From: Acidobacteriaceae bacterium
GTDB lineage: Bacteria > Acidobacteriota > Terriglobia > Terriglobales > Acidobacteriaceae
Length of the DNA: 64,000 nt
Direction of reading: 5' to 3'
NCBI GenBank assembly: GCA_003151435.1
Contig: PLXP01000144.1
Span: 7,422-71,421, forward strand
Part shown: in pieces, positions 9,531 through 18,619 of the stretch
How the letters are laid out: every line of letters starts with the position of its first letter
Position numbering within the stretch: position 1 is the first letter of the stretch
Translations under genes and position numbers: made by a program
The notes under the pieces: generated by a model
What the model saw: the letters and a program-made list of their open reading frames with translations, nothing else
Databases searched by the model: none
Told to the model about the DNA's origin: nothing

Positions 9531-10484
9531 TTACGGATGGTGTCCCAGCAGAACCCGCGTGCGCTGCCGCGCAATGCGAATGCGGCAAGGGAATCCGACG
9601 GGACCAAAACCGCAAGTCCGGTCCCTCACGCCGATCCATGCTATTTGCTCCGGCTCCAGCATCCACGCAGTCGCATTTGCAGCATTGAGCGTTTCCTTCA
9701 TGAAGTAGGCTGCGCTCATGTCTGCATCGGCCGCAGAGGCGTTCATTTGCCCACACACATTTTGAGGGGGCGCAGGTGTATTGTCTGGATGCCAGCAATA
9801 ATCCTCATCATGCACGAGGACATACTTTCTGCCGTTGTCGGGAATGAAGTAGCGCACCGAAATCTCGGGAACGCGCGCAACGGCAGTCCACCGGCCCACA
9901 TCCTCTGCGAACGCCATGGGAAGCTGACTCATAGCGAGTGAGTCTTGTTTCAATTGCCGCGAAAAGATGGCCAGCGTCGGCGTCGGTTCTCCGTTGACCG
10001 GATGGAAATAGACGCCTCCCAGCGCGATTCCTTCCCTCATGTCAATCCACAAAAACCCGCGGCCGTCGAGGTAGGGCCCGCTGTGGCTGCCCACCATCAC
10101 GTAGCGCCCGTCGCGAATATCGATCGGCAGTGGCGCTCCCTCAAGCAGGGTTTCGCTGGTGTAGAAGAGCGCCATGTCGCGCCCGTAATGATAGGTGGTG
10201 CGAGGCGTCGCCAGCTTTAGCAACGACCGGAATCGCTTGTCTTTCATGATGTCTTTAGTAGTTCGGCCGGCGTAGTCGTTGAGGAACGCAAGTTGATCGC
10301 CGGGGATCGTGTTCTGAAAAACCGCCGGAGGTGCAGCCGGAATGGCGGGCGCGCCCGGGGGCGCTTGAGCTTGCAGGGAAGAAGCCTCGAACGCGAGTGG
10401 CGACAAAAGCATTAGAACGAATGCGGCCTTGAATTTGAACAGAAAGGTTTGGAACGAATGCACAGTAAACCCTCTCGCCCTCAA
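9531..10484 (-). CDS. Hypothetical secreted protein
   Basis: 317-aa ORF with a hydrophobic signal segment (FKAAFVLMLLSPLAFEASSLQAQ). No recognisable catalytic motif. Confidence 0.5.
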   Translation of the reverse strand: MRARGFTVHSFQTFLFKFKAAFVLMLLSPLAFEASSLQAQAPPGAPAIPAAPPAVFQNTIPGDQLAFLNDYAGRTTKDIMKDKRFRSLLKLATPRTTYHYGRDMALFYTSETLLEGAPLPIDIRDGRYVMVGSHSGPYLDGRGFLWIDMREGIALGGVYFHPVNGEPTPTLAIFSRQLKQDSLAMSQLPMAFAEDVGRWTAVARVPEISVRYFIPDNGRKYVLVHDEDYCWHPDNTPAPPQNVCGQMNASAADADMSAAYFMKETLNAANATAWMLEPEQIAWIGVRDRTCGFGPVGFPCRIRIARQRTRVLLGHHP

Positions 10485-10583
10485 TTTAACGTAGAAATGT
10501 GAATTTCACCCGTCATTTTTTCGCGACATCGAAGACGAAGAGGCTCCGAGACACCGAGGCTGTCTCTGGTAAAGTTCTGTGAC

Positions 10584-11390
10584 ATGGACATCCGCCCTCT
10601 TCGCAGCGTGCTGAAACTCGCCGTCTTATCCTTGCTGCCGGTTCTACTGCTCTGCACGGGAACGCATCTTCGCGCACAATCGCCTGCGGCGCAGGTCCCC
10701 GCAGTTCCGGACTGGGCGCAGCCGGGCTCTGCGACACACACCCAGGTGCCGCCGCCGACGGACTTCCATCGACCCACAACGACCGACAACACACCGATCG
10801 GCATCTTCGACGGCCAGTCGGACGTAGGAGGCGCGGTGGTGCCCGGCAGCGCCAGTTATGACGCCGCTACGAAGCAGTACACCATCCACTCGGCCGGCTA
10901 TAACATCTGGTACACGCGCGACGAATTCCGTTTCCTTTGGAAGAAAATGTCCGGCGACGTCTCGCTTGCGGCCGACGCCTCCTTTCCCGATCCCAAGGGC
11001 TACGGCGATCGCAAAGCAGTGCTTGTGATTCGCCAGAACCTCGACGACGATTCAAAGGAAGCCATGCTCGGCGAACACGGCGTGGGCATGATCCACCTGG
11101 CCCAGCGTCCGGAAAAGGGCGCAAGCATCAACGATCTGCAATACCGCTTCGGCGGCGGACTAAACGGCGTGCTGGCCAAGCGCATTGGGATCGAAAAGCG
11201 TGGCGACTCGATCGCCATCTTCATCAGCCTGCAAGACGAGCCGATGCATCAGTTCGGTCCGCCCATCACACTGCACTTTGACGGGCCGTTTTACGTGGGC
11301 ATCGGCTTCTGCTCGCACCTGCCCGCAACGTCGGATACGGCGGTGCTCTCCGACGTGGTTCTGGAGGATGCGGCGGGCAAGGTCCAGTAA
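10584..11390 (+). CDS. Hypothetical secreted protein, beta-sandwich (concanavalin/DUF1349-like?)
   Basis: Signal peptide MDIRPLRSVLKLAVLSLLPVLLLCTG. The beta-rich body contains YNIWYTRDEFRFLWKKMSGDVSL. The fold assignment is a weak guess. Confidence 0.5.
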   Translation: MDIRPLRSVLKLAVLSLLPVLLLCTGTHLRAQSPAAQVPAVPDWAQPGSATHTQVPPPTDFHRPTTTDNTPIGIFDGQSDVGGAVVPGSASYDAATKQYTIHSAGYNIWYTRDEFRFLWKKMSGDVSLAADASFPDPKGYGDRKAVLVIRQNLDDDSKEAMLGEHGVGMIHLAQRPEKGASINDLQYRFGGGLNGVLAKRIGIEKRGDSIAIFISLQDEPMHQFGPPITLHFDGPFYVGIGFCSHLPATSDTAVLSDVVLEDAAGKVQ

Positions 11391-11545
11391 CCACAATCCC
11401 GACAACACGTTGCGGCCTCGTGAGTCGCTGATGCAACGTCGCGCCCGGAGTGTCCGTTCTTTCAACAGCCATCCCAACCACTTCATCCCGGCCGGGTCAA
11501 GCCGCTATCATGGTGACCACAGCAGGAAAGGCGGCCCAGGCACGG

Positions 11546-12826
11546 ATGTCCCCCACAATCTTCATCTCGGCAGGCGAGGCCAGCGGCGAGCACTATGGCG
11601 CGCTGCTTGTGGAGGCGCTGAAGTTGCGGCTGGCAGAGACGGGCCGGACTGCCCGGTTTTTCGGCATGGGCGGCACGCGTATGCAGGCCGCCGGCCTCGA
11701 GAGCGTCGTCCGGTCAGAGGAAATGGCGGTAATGGGCATTACGGAAGTGGTTCGCCATCTGCCGCGCATCTACCGCGAGTTTCGCAGGCTCAAGCAGGCC
11801 GTTCGCGAGTGGCGGCCCAGCGTGGCCGTGCTCATTGACTTCCCCGACATCCATTTCCGGCTGGCCGAGGAACTGCACAGGCTTGGCATTCCGGTGATCT
11901 TCTTCGTGAGCCCGCAGTTGTGGGCGTGGAAGAAACACCGCATCAAGCTGGTGCGGAAATACATTGACCGCATGCTGGTGATCTTCCCATTCGAGGAGGC
12001 GTTTTACCGCGAACACGGCGTCAAGGCCGAATTCGTCGGGCACCCGCTGGCGGAGGCGGGGTTGCCCACCATCGGGCGGGAAGAATTTGCCGCCGACCAT
12101 GGGCTGGACCCGGCGAAGACCTGGATTGGCTTGTTGCCGGGCAGCCGCGCCAAGGAGATCAGGGACAACCTGCCCGAGATGTTGACGGCGGCGCGGGACC
12201 TGGCCGCCCGCAGTGACCTGGACACCCGCGAACCCGACGCGTATGAGTTCATCTTGCCGCTCGCCCCCACCCTCACTGCCATCCAGCGCTGCGCGGTCAA
12301 GGAAATGGTGAACCAACTCCGCGGGAATCTCACCATCCGCCTGATCGATGACATGAGCGCCGAAGGCGCAGTTGGCCCCACCGCAGGTGGCGCTCGCGCC
12401 GTACTTTTCCACGCCCGCGCGTCGGTGGTGGCCAGCGGAACAGCTACCGTGGAGGCGGCCCTGATCGGCAACCCCTTCGTAGTGGTCTACCGGGTATCGC
12501 CGGTGACCTACGCCATCGCCAAACGGGTGGTGAAGGTGCCGCACGTGGCCATGGCCAACTTGATTGCCGGAAAACGTGTGGTTCCCGAGTTGATTCAGAA
12601 CGAGTTCACTGCATCCAATATCGTCAGACAGTTGCAGCCGTTGCTACCCGACGGCCCTCCTCGACAGTCCATGATGAAGGAACTCGCGGCCATCCGGGGT
12701 CTGCTACGCGCCGGAGTACCAGACGTAAACCATAAAAGCGGCGCCATCGGCCGGGTGGCGGACATTACCCTTGACCTGCTCGATACGGCCTCTCCAACGG
12801 AAATCGCACAAACTGTGCATTCCTGA
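11546..12826 (+). CDS. lpxB: Lipid-A-disaccharide synthase
   Basis: MSPTIFISAGEASGEHYGALLVEAL is the canonical LpxB N-terminus. Also YVSPQLWAWK-type FFVSPQLWAWKKHR and the LLPGSR motif. Start chosen at ATG 11546; the ORF track begins at 11450. Confidence 0.85.
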   Translation: MSPTIFISAGEASGEHYGALLVEALKLRLAETGRTARFFGMGGTRMQAAGLESVVRSEEMAVMGITEVVRHLPRIYREFRRLKQAVREWRPSVAVLIDFPDIHFRLAEELHRLGIPVIFFVSPQLWAWKKHRIKLVRKYIDRMLVIFPFEEAFYREHGVKAEFVGHPLAEAGLPTIGREEFAADHGLDPAKTWIGLLPGSRAKEIRDNLPEMLTAARDLAARSDLDTREPDAYEFILPLAPTLTAIQRCAVKEMVNQLRGNLTIRLIDDMSAEGAVGPTAGGARAVLFHARASVVASGTATVEAALIGNPFVVVYRVSPVTYAIAKRVVKVPHVAMANLIAGKRVVPELIQNEFTASNIVRQLQPLLPDGPPRQSMMKELAAIRGLLRAGVPDVNHKSGAIGRVADITLDLLDTASPTEIAQTVHS

Positions 12827-12866
12827 GGGAAGCGGGCAGAAAGGCGCCTGGGGAATAAGGGAGTCT

Positions 12867-14888
12867 ATGCGAGTACGAGAGCACAAGATGAAACCACGGA
12901 ACAAGTTGGGCCGGCTCTGCGCCGGGCTCGGTCTCCTCGCCGCCGCGCTGCTCGCGGCCTCTCCCGCCACCGCGCAACGGTCTGAACGCGCCGCGCTCAA
13001 CATCACCGGCTACGTGATCGACGCCGAGCTCGACACGGCCACGCATCACATTACGGCCAAAGCGGCAGTCACATTTACGGCGCCCGATAACGCTGAGATG
13101 GTGAGCTTCGGCTTTCATCCTGCGCTCAAGGTGAACAAGATCTCAGACCAGTCGGGCAAGACGCTCACTGGCGAGCGGTCGGCAGACGGCACCATTCGCG
13201 TGACCCCGGCCACGCCCTTTGTCCGCGCCACGCCGGTCCGTTGGACATTTGAGTACGAAGGCGTGATGACCGGCAGCGAAGACGGCCCTGTAGAAGGGCT
13301 GAAGCTGGCCGCGATTCAAGAGCCCATCACCTATCTGCTCTACGCGGCGCGCTGGTTCCCCACTACGGGGTTCATGACGGACCGATTCACGGCGGAGATG
13401 CACATCAAGGTGCCGCAGGGCATGAAGGTCTTTGCCAGCGGCGCCCAGGGAGCGTCGCACCCAGTAACGCTGGCCGACGGCAAGCCCGGCGACCAATTTG
13501 ACTTCAACTGGAACAAGCCCGGGTTTCCCGGAACAGTGATCGCTGGCCGCTACGTCAATCCGGTTTCCGTCGGCGCCGGCAACGTGAAGGTCTACCTCAC
13601 CGTCGCGCACCAGCAGGCAGGCAACGAACTGGCGCAGACTGCGGCCAAGCAATACGATTTCTTTACCGATAGCTTCGGAGCTCCGGAGACGAGCCACCTG
13701 AACGTCGTCGAGATTCCCGACGACACGCTGCCCGCGGTGTGGGCGCCGGAGTTGGCCGGCATGATGGGCTCTCGCGTCGGCGACAAATCAGGCATTCGCC
13801 TGCTGGCCAACACCATCGCGCACCAGTGGTGGGGATCTGAAGTGAGCCCACGCACCCTGAGCGAAGCCTGGATCACCAACGGCATGGCCCGTTATGGCGA
13901 ATTGATGTACGTGGAAGAGGAGAGCGGCAAGAACGCCATGAAGGCCGACCTGCAGGATGTCTCCGCCGGTGCGCTGGCCTATGACACCATCCCGCTGTCG
14001 AGTTCCGGGCGTCTCAACCCGTTCTCGCCTGAGTTCCAGTCGATGACGCTTGAAAAGGGCGCCATGATCTTCCACATGCTGCGCTGGGAGATTGGCGACA
14101 AAGCATTTCTTGCCACGCTGAAGGGGGCGTTGAGCCAGTATATCGACCAGGGCATTCGGGCGACTGATTTTGAGAAGGTGGCCGAGGCGCAGAGCCAGCA
14201 GCAGTTGACGCCGTTCTTCGCGCAATGGATCGACGGCACCGGCGCGCCGCTGTTCGTCAACAAGTACGCCGTCTACCGCCTGGGTAATAACAAGGGCTTC
14301 CGCACCATCGGCGAAATCAACCAGGACCTCGACCTGTTCCGCATGCCGGTGGAGCTGCGCGTGGAGACCGACGGCAAGACCGAGATCCAGAAGGTGGACG
14401 TGGTGGGCACCGAGTCCCAGTACGTTGTGGACACGTTCGGCCGCCCCCGTCGCATCAGCATCGATCCGCAAGGCTGGCTGCTCAAGTCTTCACCGGACCT
14501 TCAGGTTCGCATCTCCATTCTGAAGGGGCAGCAACTGGTGGCGCAGGGCGACCTGGTGGCCGCGCTGGCTGAGTACCAGAAAGCGTTGGTGGCCAACTCG
14601 CAGAGTTCGCTGGCCAACTATCGCATCGGCGAAGTGCTGCTGGCGCAGCGCAACTTCCAGGCGGCGGTGAATGCCTACCGCGACGCGCTGCGGGGCGACG
14701 ACGAGCCACGCTGGACCGAGGTTTGGAGTCACATCGAACTGGGCAAGATATTTGACATGACCGGCCAGCGCGATCGTGCAGTGAACGAGTACCGCCTGGC
14801 GGTGCAGACCAACGACAACACGCAGGGAGCCCTGAACGAAGCGCGCCAGAATCTGCAAAAGCCCTACGTACGGCCACCAGACCAATAG
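12867..14888 (+). CDS. M1 aminopeptidase-fold protein with degenerate active site plus C-terminal TPR repeats
   Basis: AAGGGAG SD precedes ATG 12867, followed by a signal peptide. The M1 fold is recognisable around LLANTIAHQWWGSEV...EAWITNGMARYGE, but HEXXH reads NTIAH and the distal Glu is Asn. The C-terminus has TPR-like AEYQKALVANSQ..ANYRIGEVLLAQRNFQAAVNAYRDAL. Confidence 0.8.
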   Translation: MRVREHKMKPRNKLGRLCAGLGLLAAALLAASPATAQRSERAALNITGYVIDAELDTATHHITAKAAVTFTAPDNAEMVSFGFHPALKVNKISDQSGKTLTGERSADGTIRVTPATPFVRATPVRWTFEYEGVMTGSEDGPVEGLKLAAIQEPITYLLYAARWFPTTGFMTDRFTAEMHIKVPQGMKVFASGAQGASHPVTLADGKPGDQFDFNWNKPGFPGTVIAGRYVNPVSVGAGNVKVYLTVAHQQAGNELAQTAAKQYDFFTDSFGAPETSHLNVVEIPDDTLPAVWAPELAGMMGSRVGDKSGIRLLANTIAHQWWGSEVSPRTLSEAWITNGMARYGELMYVEEESGKNAMKADLQDVSAGALAYDTIPLSSSGRLNPFSPEFQSMTLEKGAMIFHMLRWEIGDKAFLATLKGALSQYIDQGIRATDFEKVAEAQSQQQLTPFFAQWIDGTGAPLFVNKYAVYRLGNNKGFRTIGEINQDLDLFRMPVELRVETDGKTEIQKVDVVGTESQYVVDTFGRPRRISIDPQGWLLKSSPDLQVRISILKGQQLVAQGDLVAALAEYQKALVANSQSSLANYRIGEVLLAQRNFQAAVNAYRDALRGDDEPRWTEVWSHIELGKIFDMTGQRDRAVNEYRLAVQTNDNTQGALNEARQNLQKPYVRPPDQ

Positions 14889-14925
14889 CGTGAAACAGGT
14901 CGCCAACTCGGTGCTTTGAAAAGGC

Positions 14926-14945
14926 GCGGCTTTAGCTGAAGCCGC
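14926..14945 (+). terminator. Hairpin downstream of the M1-like gene (possible terminator, no U-tract)
   Basis: GCGGCTT-TAGCTG-AAGCCGC, a 7-bp perfect stem 38 nt after the stop. The weak T-tract lowers confidence. Confidence 0.3.
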
Positions 14946-15109
14946 AACGCTCGCACAGCGGGATCAGTAGCTGATTTCCGCGAATGAGTTCGATTACTCG
15001 CCGTCAATAATTTCGCTCAACGAAGAAATGAAACATGGTTCCCATTCTTGGGGCTCTCGTGGGATATTTCTTTCTCATGCTCATGGTTCGCGTCTTGCCC
15101 GCCTGCAAC

Positions 15110-15139
15110 TTGACAGCGTTACTTGAGCCTCCATAGAAT
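15110..15139 (+). promoter_or_regulatory. Sigma-70-like promoter candidate upstream of hrcA
   Basis: TTGACA (15110-15115), 18-nt spacer, TAGAAT (15134-15139). It sits about 150 nt upstream of the hrcA ATG in an A/T-richer 400-bp spacer. Confidence 0.35.
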
Positions 15140-15287
15140 TAACAAGGGTAAGTGTATCCAATTTTCGTGGATAACTTCCTGTGTATTCAGGAGTTAGTCG
15201 TGTTTGCTTCGGGACCGCGCCGCATCAGGAGGCGCTGCGGATCGGGGAATAAACCACCAGAAATGAACGTACAGGGGAGCAGGGAAG

Positions 15288-16406
15288 ATGTCTGAGACAC
15301 GCGTCAGTCCGCGCGAGCGGTTGGTGCTCACGGCCATCATCGAACTGTACATCGCTACCGGAGAACCCGTAGCCTCCCAGGCGGTCGCACGCTTTTTTGC
15401 CAACCGCGAGGGCCTCAGCTCCGCCACCATCCGCAACGTGATGGCCACGCTGGGCGATGCGGGCCTGCTTGAGCAGCCGCACACCTCCGCCGGACGCGTG
15501 CCCACCGCCGCCGCATTCCGCTATTACGTGGAGCAGATTACGCAATCGGGACGCATGGCCGTCGGCGCGCAGACTGATGCGCTGAACCCCATGCCGCAAA
15601 GCAATTCGCTGCTCAGCCCCTTGAGCGAACAACGCCGCGAGCAGATCGACGACAGTTTCTCCGGCGTTTCCAGCACCAACGAATACCTTGAGCGCACCTC
15701 CCAGGTGCTGGCGCTGCTTTCCAGCGGACTGGGTGTGGCCCTGGCCAGCGCCACCGGCACGCAAGTGCTGGAGCACATTCATTTTTCGCGGCTCACCGCG
15801 GGGCGTGTGCTGACCGTGGTGGTCACGCAGGCCGGAGCCGTGCTCGACCGCGTTTTGAATCTCGACCGCGACCTGACTCATCTGGATCTGGAGACCGCCG
15901 CGCGCTATTTGAATGAGAACTTCCGCGGCTGGCCCATTGAACGCATCCGCACTGAAGTGGCACGCCGCGTGGACATGGAGCGCGCCGCCTACAACCAGAT
16001 GCTGGCCTCGGTGGAGGAGCTTTGCCGCAAGGGAGCGTTGACCGGAGCCGAGTCAGGCCCCACGCTCTTCGTTGACGGCATGGCCAACCTGATTGCGGCC
16101 GAACTGGATCGCGAACGGCTGCGCCAGATGCTGCTGGCTCTCGAGGCAAAGCAGCGGCTGGTGGAACTGCTCACAGCCTACGTGGACGGCCGCCAGCAGG
16201 AGGTGCGTGTGGTGGTCGGGCTCGATGAAGCTTCGCCGGCGATGCAGGACCTTGTGCTCATCGGCTCGTCCGCTCGACTCGGCAACAACAGCCTGGGCAC
16301 CGTCGCGGTCATCGCGCCCACGCGCATCCAATATCAGGAGATGATTCACGCGGTGCGCTATATCGCGCGGCTTTCCGAGCGCATCCTCGAAGTTCCCACC
16401 GACTAG
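15288..16406 (+). CDS. hrcA: Heat-inducible transcription repressor HrcA
   Basis: N-terminal wHTH SPRERLVLTAIIELYIATGEPVASQAVA. The length and its position before grpE-dnaJ also fit. Confidence 0.9.
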   Translation: MSETRVSPRERLVLTAIIELYIATGEPVASQAVARFFANREGLSSATIRNVMATLGDAGLLEQPHTSAGRVPTAAAFRYYVEQITQSGRMAVGAQTDALNPMPQSNSLLSPLSEQRREQIDDSFSGVSSTNEYLERTSQVLALLSSGLGVALASATGTQVLEHIHFSRLTAGRVLTVVVTQAGAVLDRVLNLDRDLTHLDLETAARYLNENFRGWPIERIRTEVARRVDMERAAYNQMLASVEELCRKGALTGAESGPTLFVDGMANLIAAELDRERLRQMLLALEAKQRLVELLTAYVDGRQQEVRVVVGLDEASPAMQDLVLIGSSARLGNNSLGTVAVIAPTRIQYQEMIHAVRYIARLSERILEVPTD

Positions 16407-16543
16407 GGTGCATTCGTTCCCCCTGCCGGGCAGAACGAATGCGAGGCGCCCCGCTCCCCCATCAACCCCAGAGAGGCCGGCGGCTGCCGCGGAATTTATC
16501 ATTGAAACAGATACGAACCATTTTGCGGAGATTGCACCGAAGT

Positions 16544-17155
16544 ATGCCAAAACAAGAAACCGAGTTGAAAGAATTGGAAGCCAGCGAAAACACACTCCAG
16601 GCCGCCCAGGAGGTTGCCGTTGTTGACTCCGCGGCGCCCGAAGCGGAAACCGTTCCCGCGGCCGGCCCCGTGGCCGTCGAAGAGACGGTAAGCCGGGCGG
16701 AGTTCGACCAGTTGAAGCTGGAACGCGACCAGCTTGTCGACCGCATAGCACGCCTGCAGGCCGAGTTTGAAAATGCCCGCAAACGTGCCGAGCGCGAGAA
16801 GGTGGAGTTTCGCGACTACGCCACAGGCAATGTGGTGGAGCAGTTTTTGCCCGTGCTCGACAATTTTGAGCTGGCGCTCAAGTCCACCGGCTCGGCAGAG
16901 CAACTGCGCTCCGGCGTGGAATTGATCGTCAAGCAGATGGAAGAAGTCCTTCGCCAGATGCAGGTTACGCCTGTTCCCGCCGTGGGTGAGGAGTTCGATC
17001 CGCGCCATCATGAGGCCCTTGGCTCCATCGAACGCGACGACCTGCCCGACCACTTTGTTGCCGACGAAGTTCGCCGCGGCTACAAGCTCCGCGATCGGCT
17101 CCTGCGGCCGGCGCTGGTGCGCATCGTTTCAAATCCAAAACAGAAGATAGAATAA
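16544..17155 (+). CDS. grpE: Nucleotide exchange factor GrpE
   Basis: ATG 16544 (MPKQETELKELE...). Coiled-coil N-terminus, RLQAEFENARKRAEREK, FDPRHHEAL and GYKLRDRLLRPALVRV-type C-terminus. Confidence 0.9.
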   Translation: MPKQETELKELEASENTLQAAQEVAVVDSAAPEAETVPAAGPVAVEETVSRAEFDQLKLERDQLVDRIARLQAEFENARKRAEREKVEFRDYATGNVVEQFLPVLDNFELALKSTGSAEQLRSGVELIVKQMEEVLRQMQVTPVPAVGEEFDPRHHEALGSIERDDLPDHFVADEVRRGYKLRDRLLRPALVRIVSNPKQKIE

Positions 17156-17158
17156 AAA

Positions 17159-18283
17159 GTGACAGTGAGCAAAGCAGACTACTACGAAGTGCTGGGCGTT
17201 TCCCGCGAGGCCAGTGACCAGGAGTTGAAGAGCGCCTACCGCAAGCTGGCGCTCAAGCATCATCCTGACCGCAACCCCGGCGATCACGCCGCGGAAGAGC
17301 GTTTCAAACAGGCAAGCGAGGCCTACCAGGTGTTGTGCGACGCAGACAAACGCGCCGCGTACGACCGCTATGGCCACGCCGGCGTTGGTGCGGCCAGCCA
17401 GGGATACGGGGGCCCCTTCGCGGGCAGCGTCGATATCGGCGACATCTTCGGCGACCTTTTCGGCGAGATGTTCAACGTGGGCGCCCAGCAGCAGCGCGGC
17501 TCCCGCCAGCATCGCGGCGATGACCTCCGCGTCGACCTGTCCATCGAGTTTGAAGACGCCATCTTTGGCGCCGAGACCGAAGTCAAGGTTCGCCGACTTG
17601 AGACCTGCCCCACGTGCAGCGGCCGCGGCAGCGCCTCCGGCCAGGGACCCACCGTTTGCCGGCAGTGCCAAGGACGCGGCCAACTCCGCTATCAGCAGGG
17701 CTTTTTCTCCGTGGCGCGTACGTGCAACGCCTGCGGAGGCACCGGCTCCATCATCGGTGATCCCTGCTCAACCTGCCGGGGAGAGACGCGCGTTTCAAAG
17801 GAACTCAAGCTCAACGTCAAGGTGCCCCCGGGCGTCGAAGACGGCACCCGCATCCGCTATGCGGGCGAGGGCGATGCGGGCCGCTCAGGCGGTCCCAAGG
17901 GCGACCTGTACGTGGTCCTGTCCATCCAGCCGCATGACCTTTTTGAGCGCGATGGCCACGATCTGCGCTGTGTCATTCCCATCAGCTTTCCGCAGGCGGC
18001 GTTGGGGGCGGAGATCGAGATCCCCGGTATCGACGGCCCCGTCAACCTCAAGATTCCCGAGGGCACCCAGAGCGGCAAGGAGTTGCGCGTGCGCGGCCGC
18101 GGCGTTCCCTACCTTAGCAGCAAGGGACACGGCGACCTGGTGGTGAAGGTGCTGGTGCAGGTGCCGCGCAAGCTGTCCCGTGCCCAGCGCGAACTGGTGG
18201 CCAAGCTGTCTGACATGCTGAGCGTGGACAACAAGCCCACCTCACCTTCCCTGATCGACAAGATGAAAGACCTGTTCAACTAA
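17159..18283 (+). CDS. dnaJ: Molecular chaperone DnaJ
   Basis: GTG start. J-domain DYYEVLGV...[13 protein letters not shown], a G/F region and four CxxCxGxG zinc-finger repeats ([32 protein letters not shown]). Confidence 0.95.
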   Translation: MTVSKADYYEVLGVSREASDQELKSAYRKLALKHHPDRNPGDHAAEERFKQASEAYQVLCDADKRAAYDRYGHAGVGAASQGYGGPFAGSVDIGDIFGDLFGEMFNVGAQQQRGSRQHRGDDLRVDLSIEFEDAIFGAETEVKVRRLETCPTCSGRGSASGQGPTVCRQCQGRGQLRYQQGFFSVARTCNACGGTGSIIGDPCSTCRGETRVSKELKLNVKVPPGVEDGTRIRYAGEGDAGRSGGPKGDLYVVLSIQPHDLFERDGHDLRCVIPISFPQAALGAEIEIPGIDGPVNLKIPEGTQSGKELRVRGRGVPYLSSKGHGDLVVKVLVQVPRKLSRAQRELVAKLSDMLSVDNKPTSPSLIDKMKDLFN

Positions 18284-18619
18284 GCTTCGTGCGATTGACC
18301 GGCAATCTGCCCGGAACTTTCAGAACTCCAGTAGCGGCTCGATGAGTGCATTGGGCTGTTGGCGACAGTTGAGGACTGGTGCCTATCACATTCCTTAATA
18401 CTGGCCGACATTCCGTTACTTATCCGACCGCGAAAATTCAAAGTTGCAAAGCGGCAGGCGAGCTGATCGCTCCAAACGGATTATGACAGAAGGCTTTTCT
18501 TCCGAAAAGCTCCCACTTTCAGTGCGAACATTCCGTTGGCATCGCAATCTACCTCAGGCGAAGTACACTTGTTGTGATTCTGGGTCGCAACGGAGATTCC
18601 AGTTGGAGGGCTTTTCATC

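Noticed and set aside
15035-15136. 33-codon ORF MVPILGALVGYFFLMLMVRVLPACNLTALLEPP (one TM-like helix) in the hrcA upstream spacer.
   Set aside because: It has only a weak purine-rich stretch as SD, overlaps the putative hrcA promoter, and has no supporting conservation that I can assess. It is kept as a note only.
14889-15287. Searched for the CIRCE inverted repeat (TTAGCACTC-N9-GAGTGCTAA) upstream of hrcA.
   Set aside because: No match, or anything close by eye, on either strand. Only short unrelated hairpins were seen, so no operator feature is reported.
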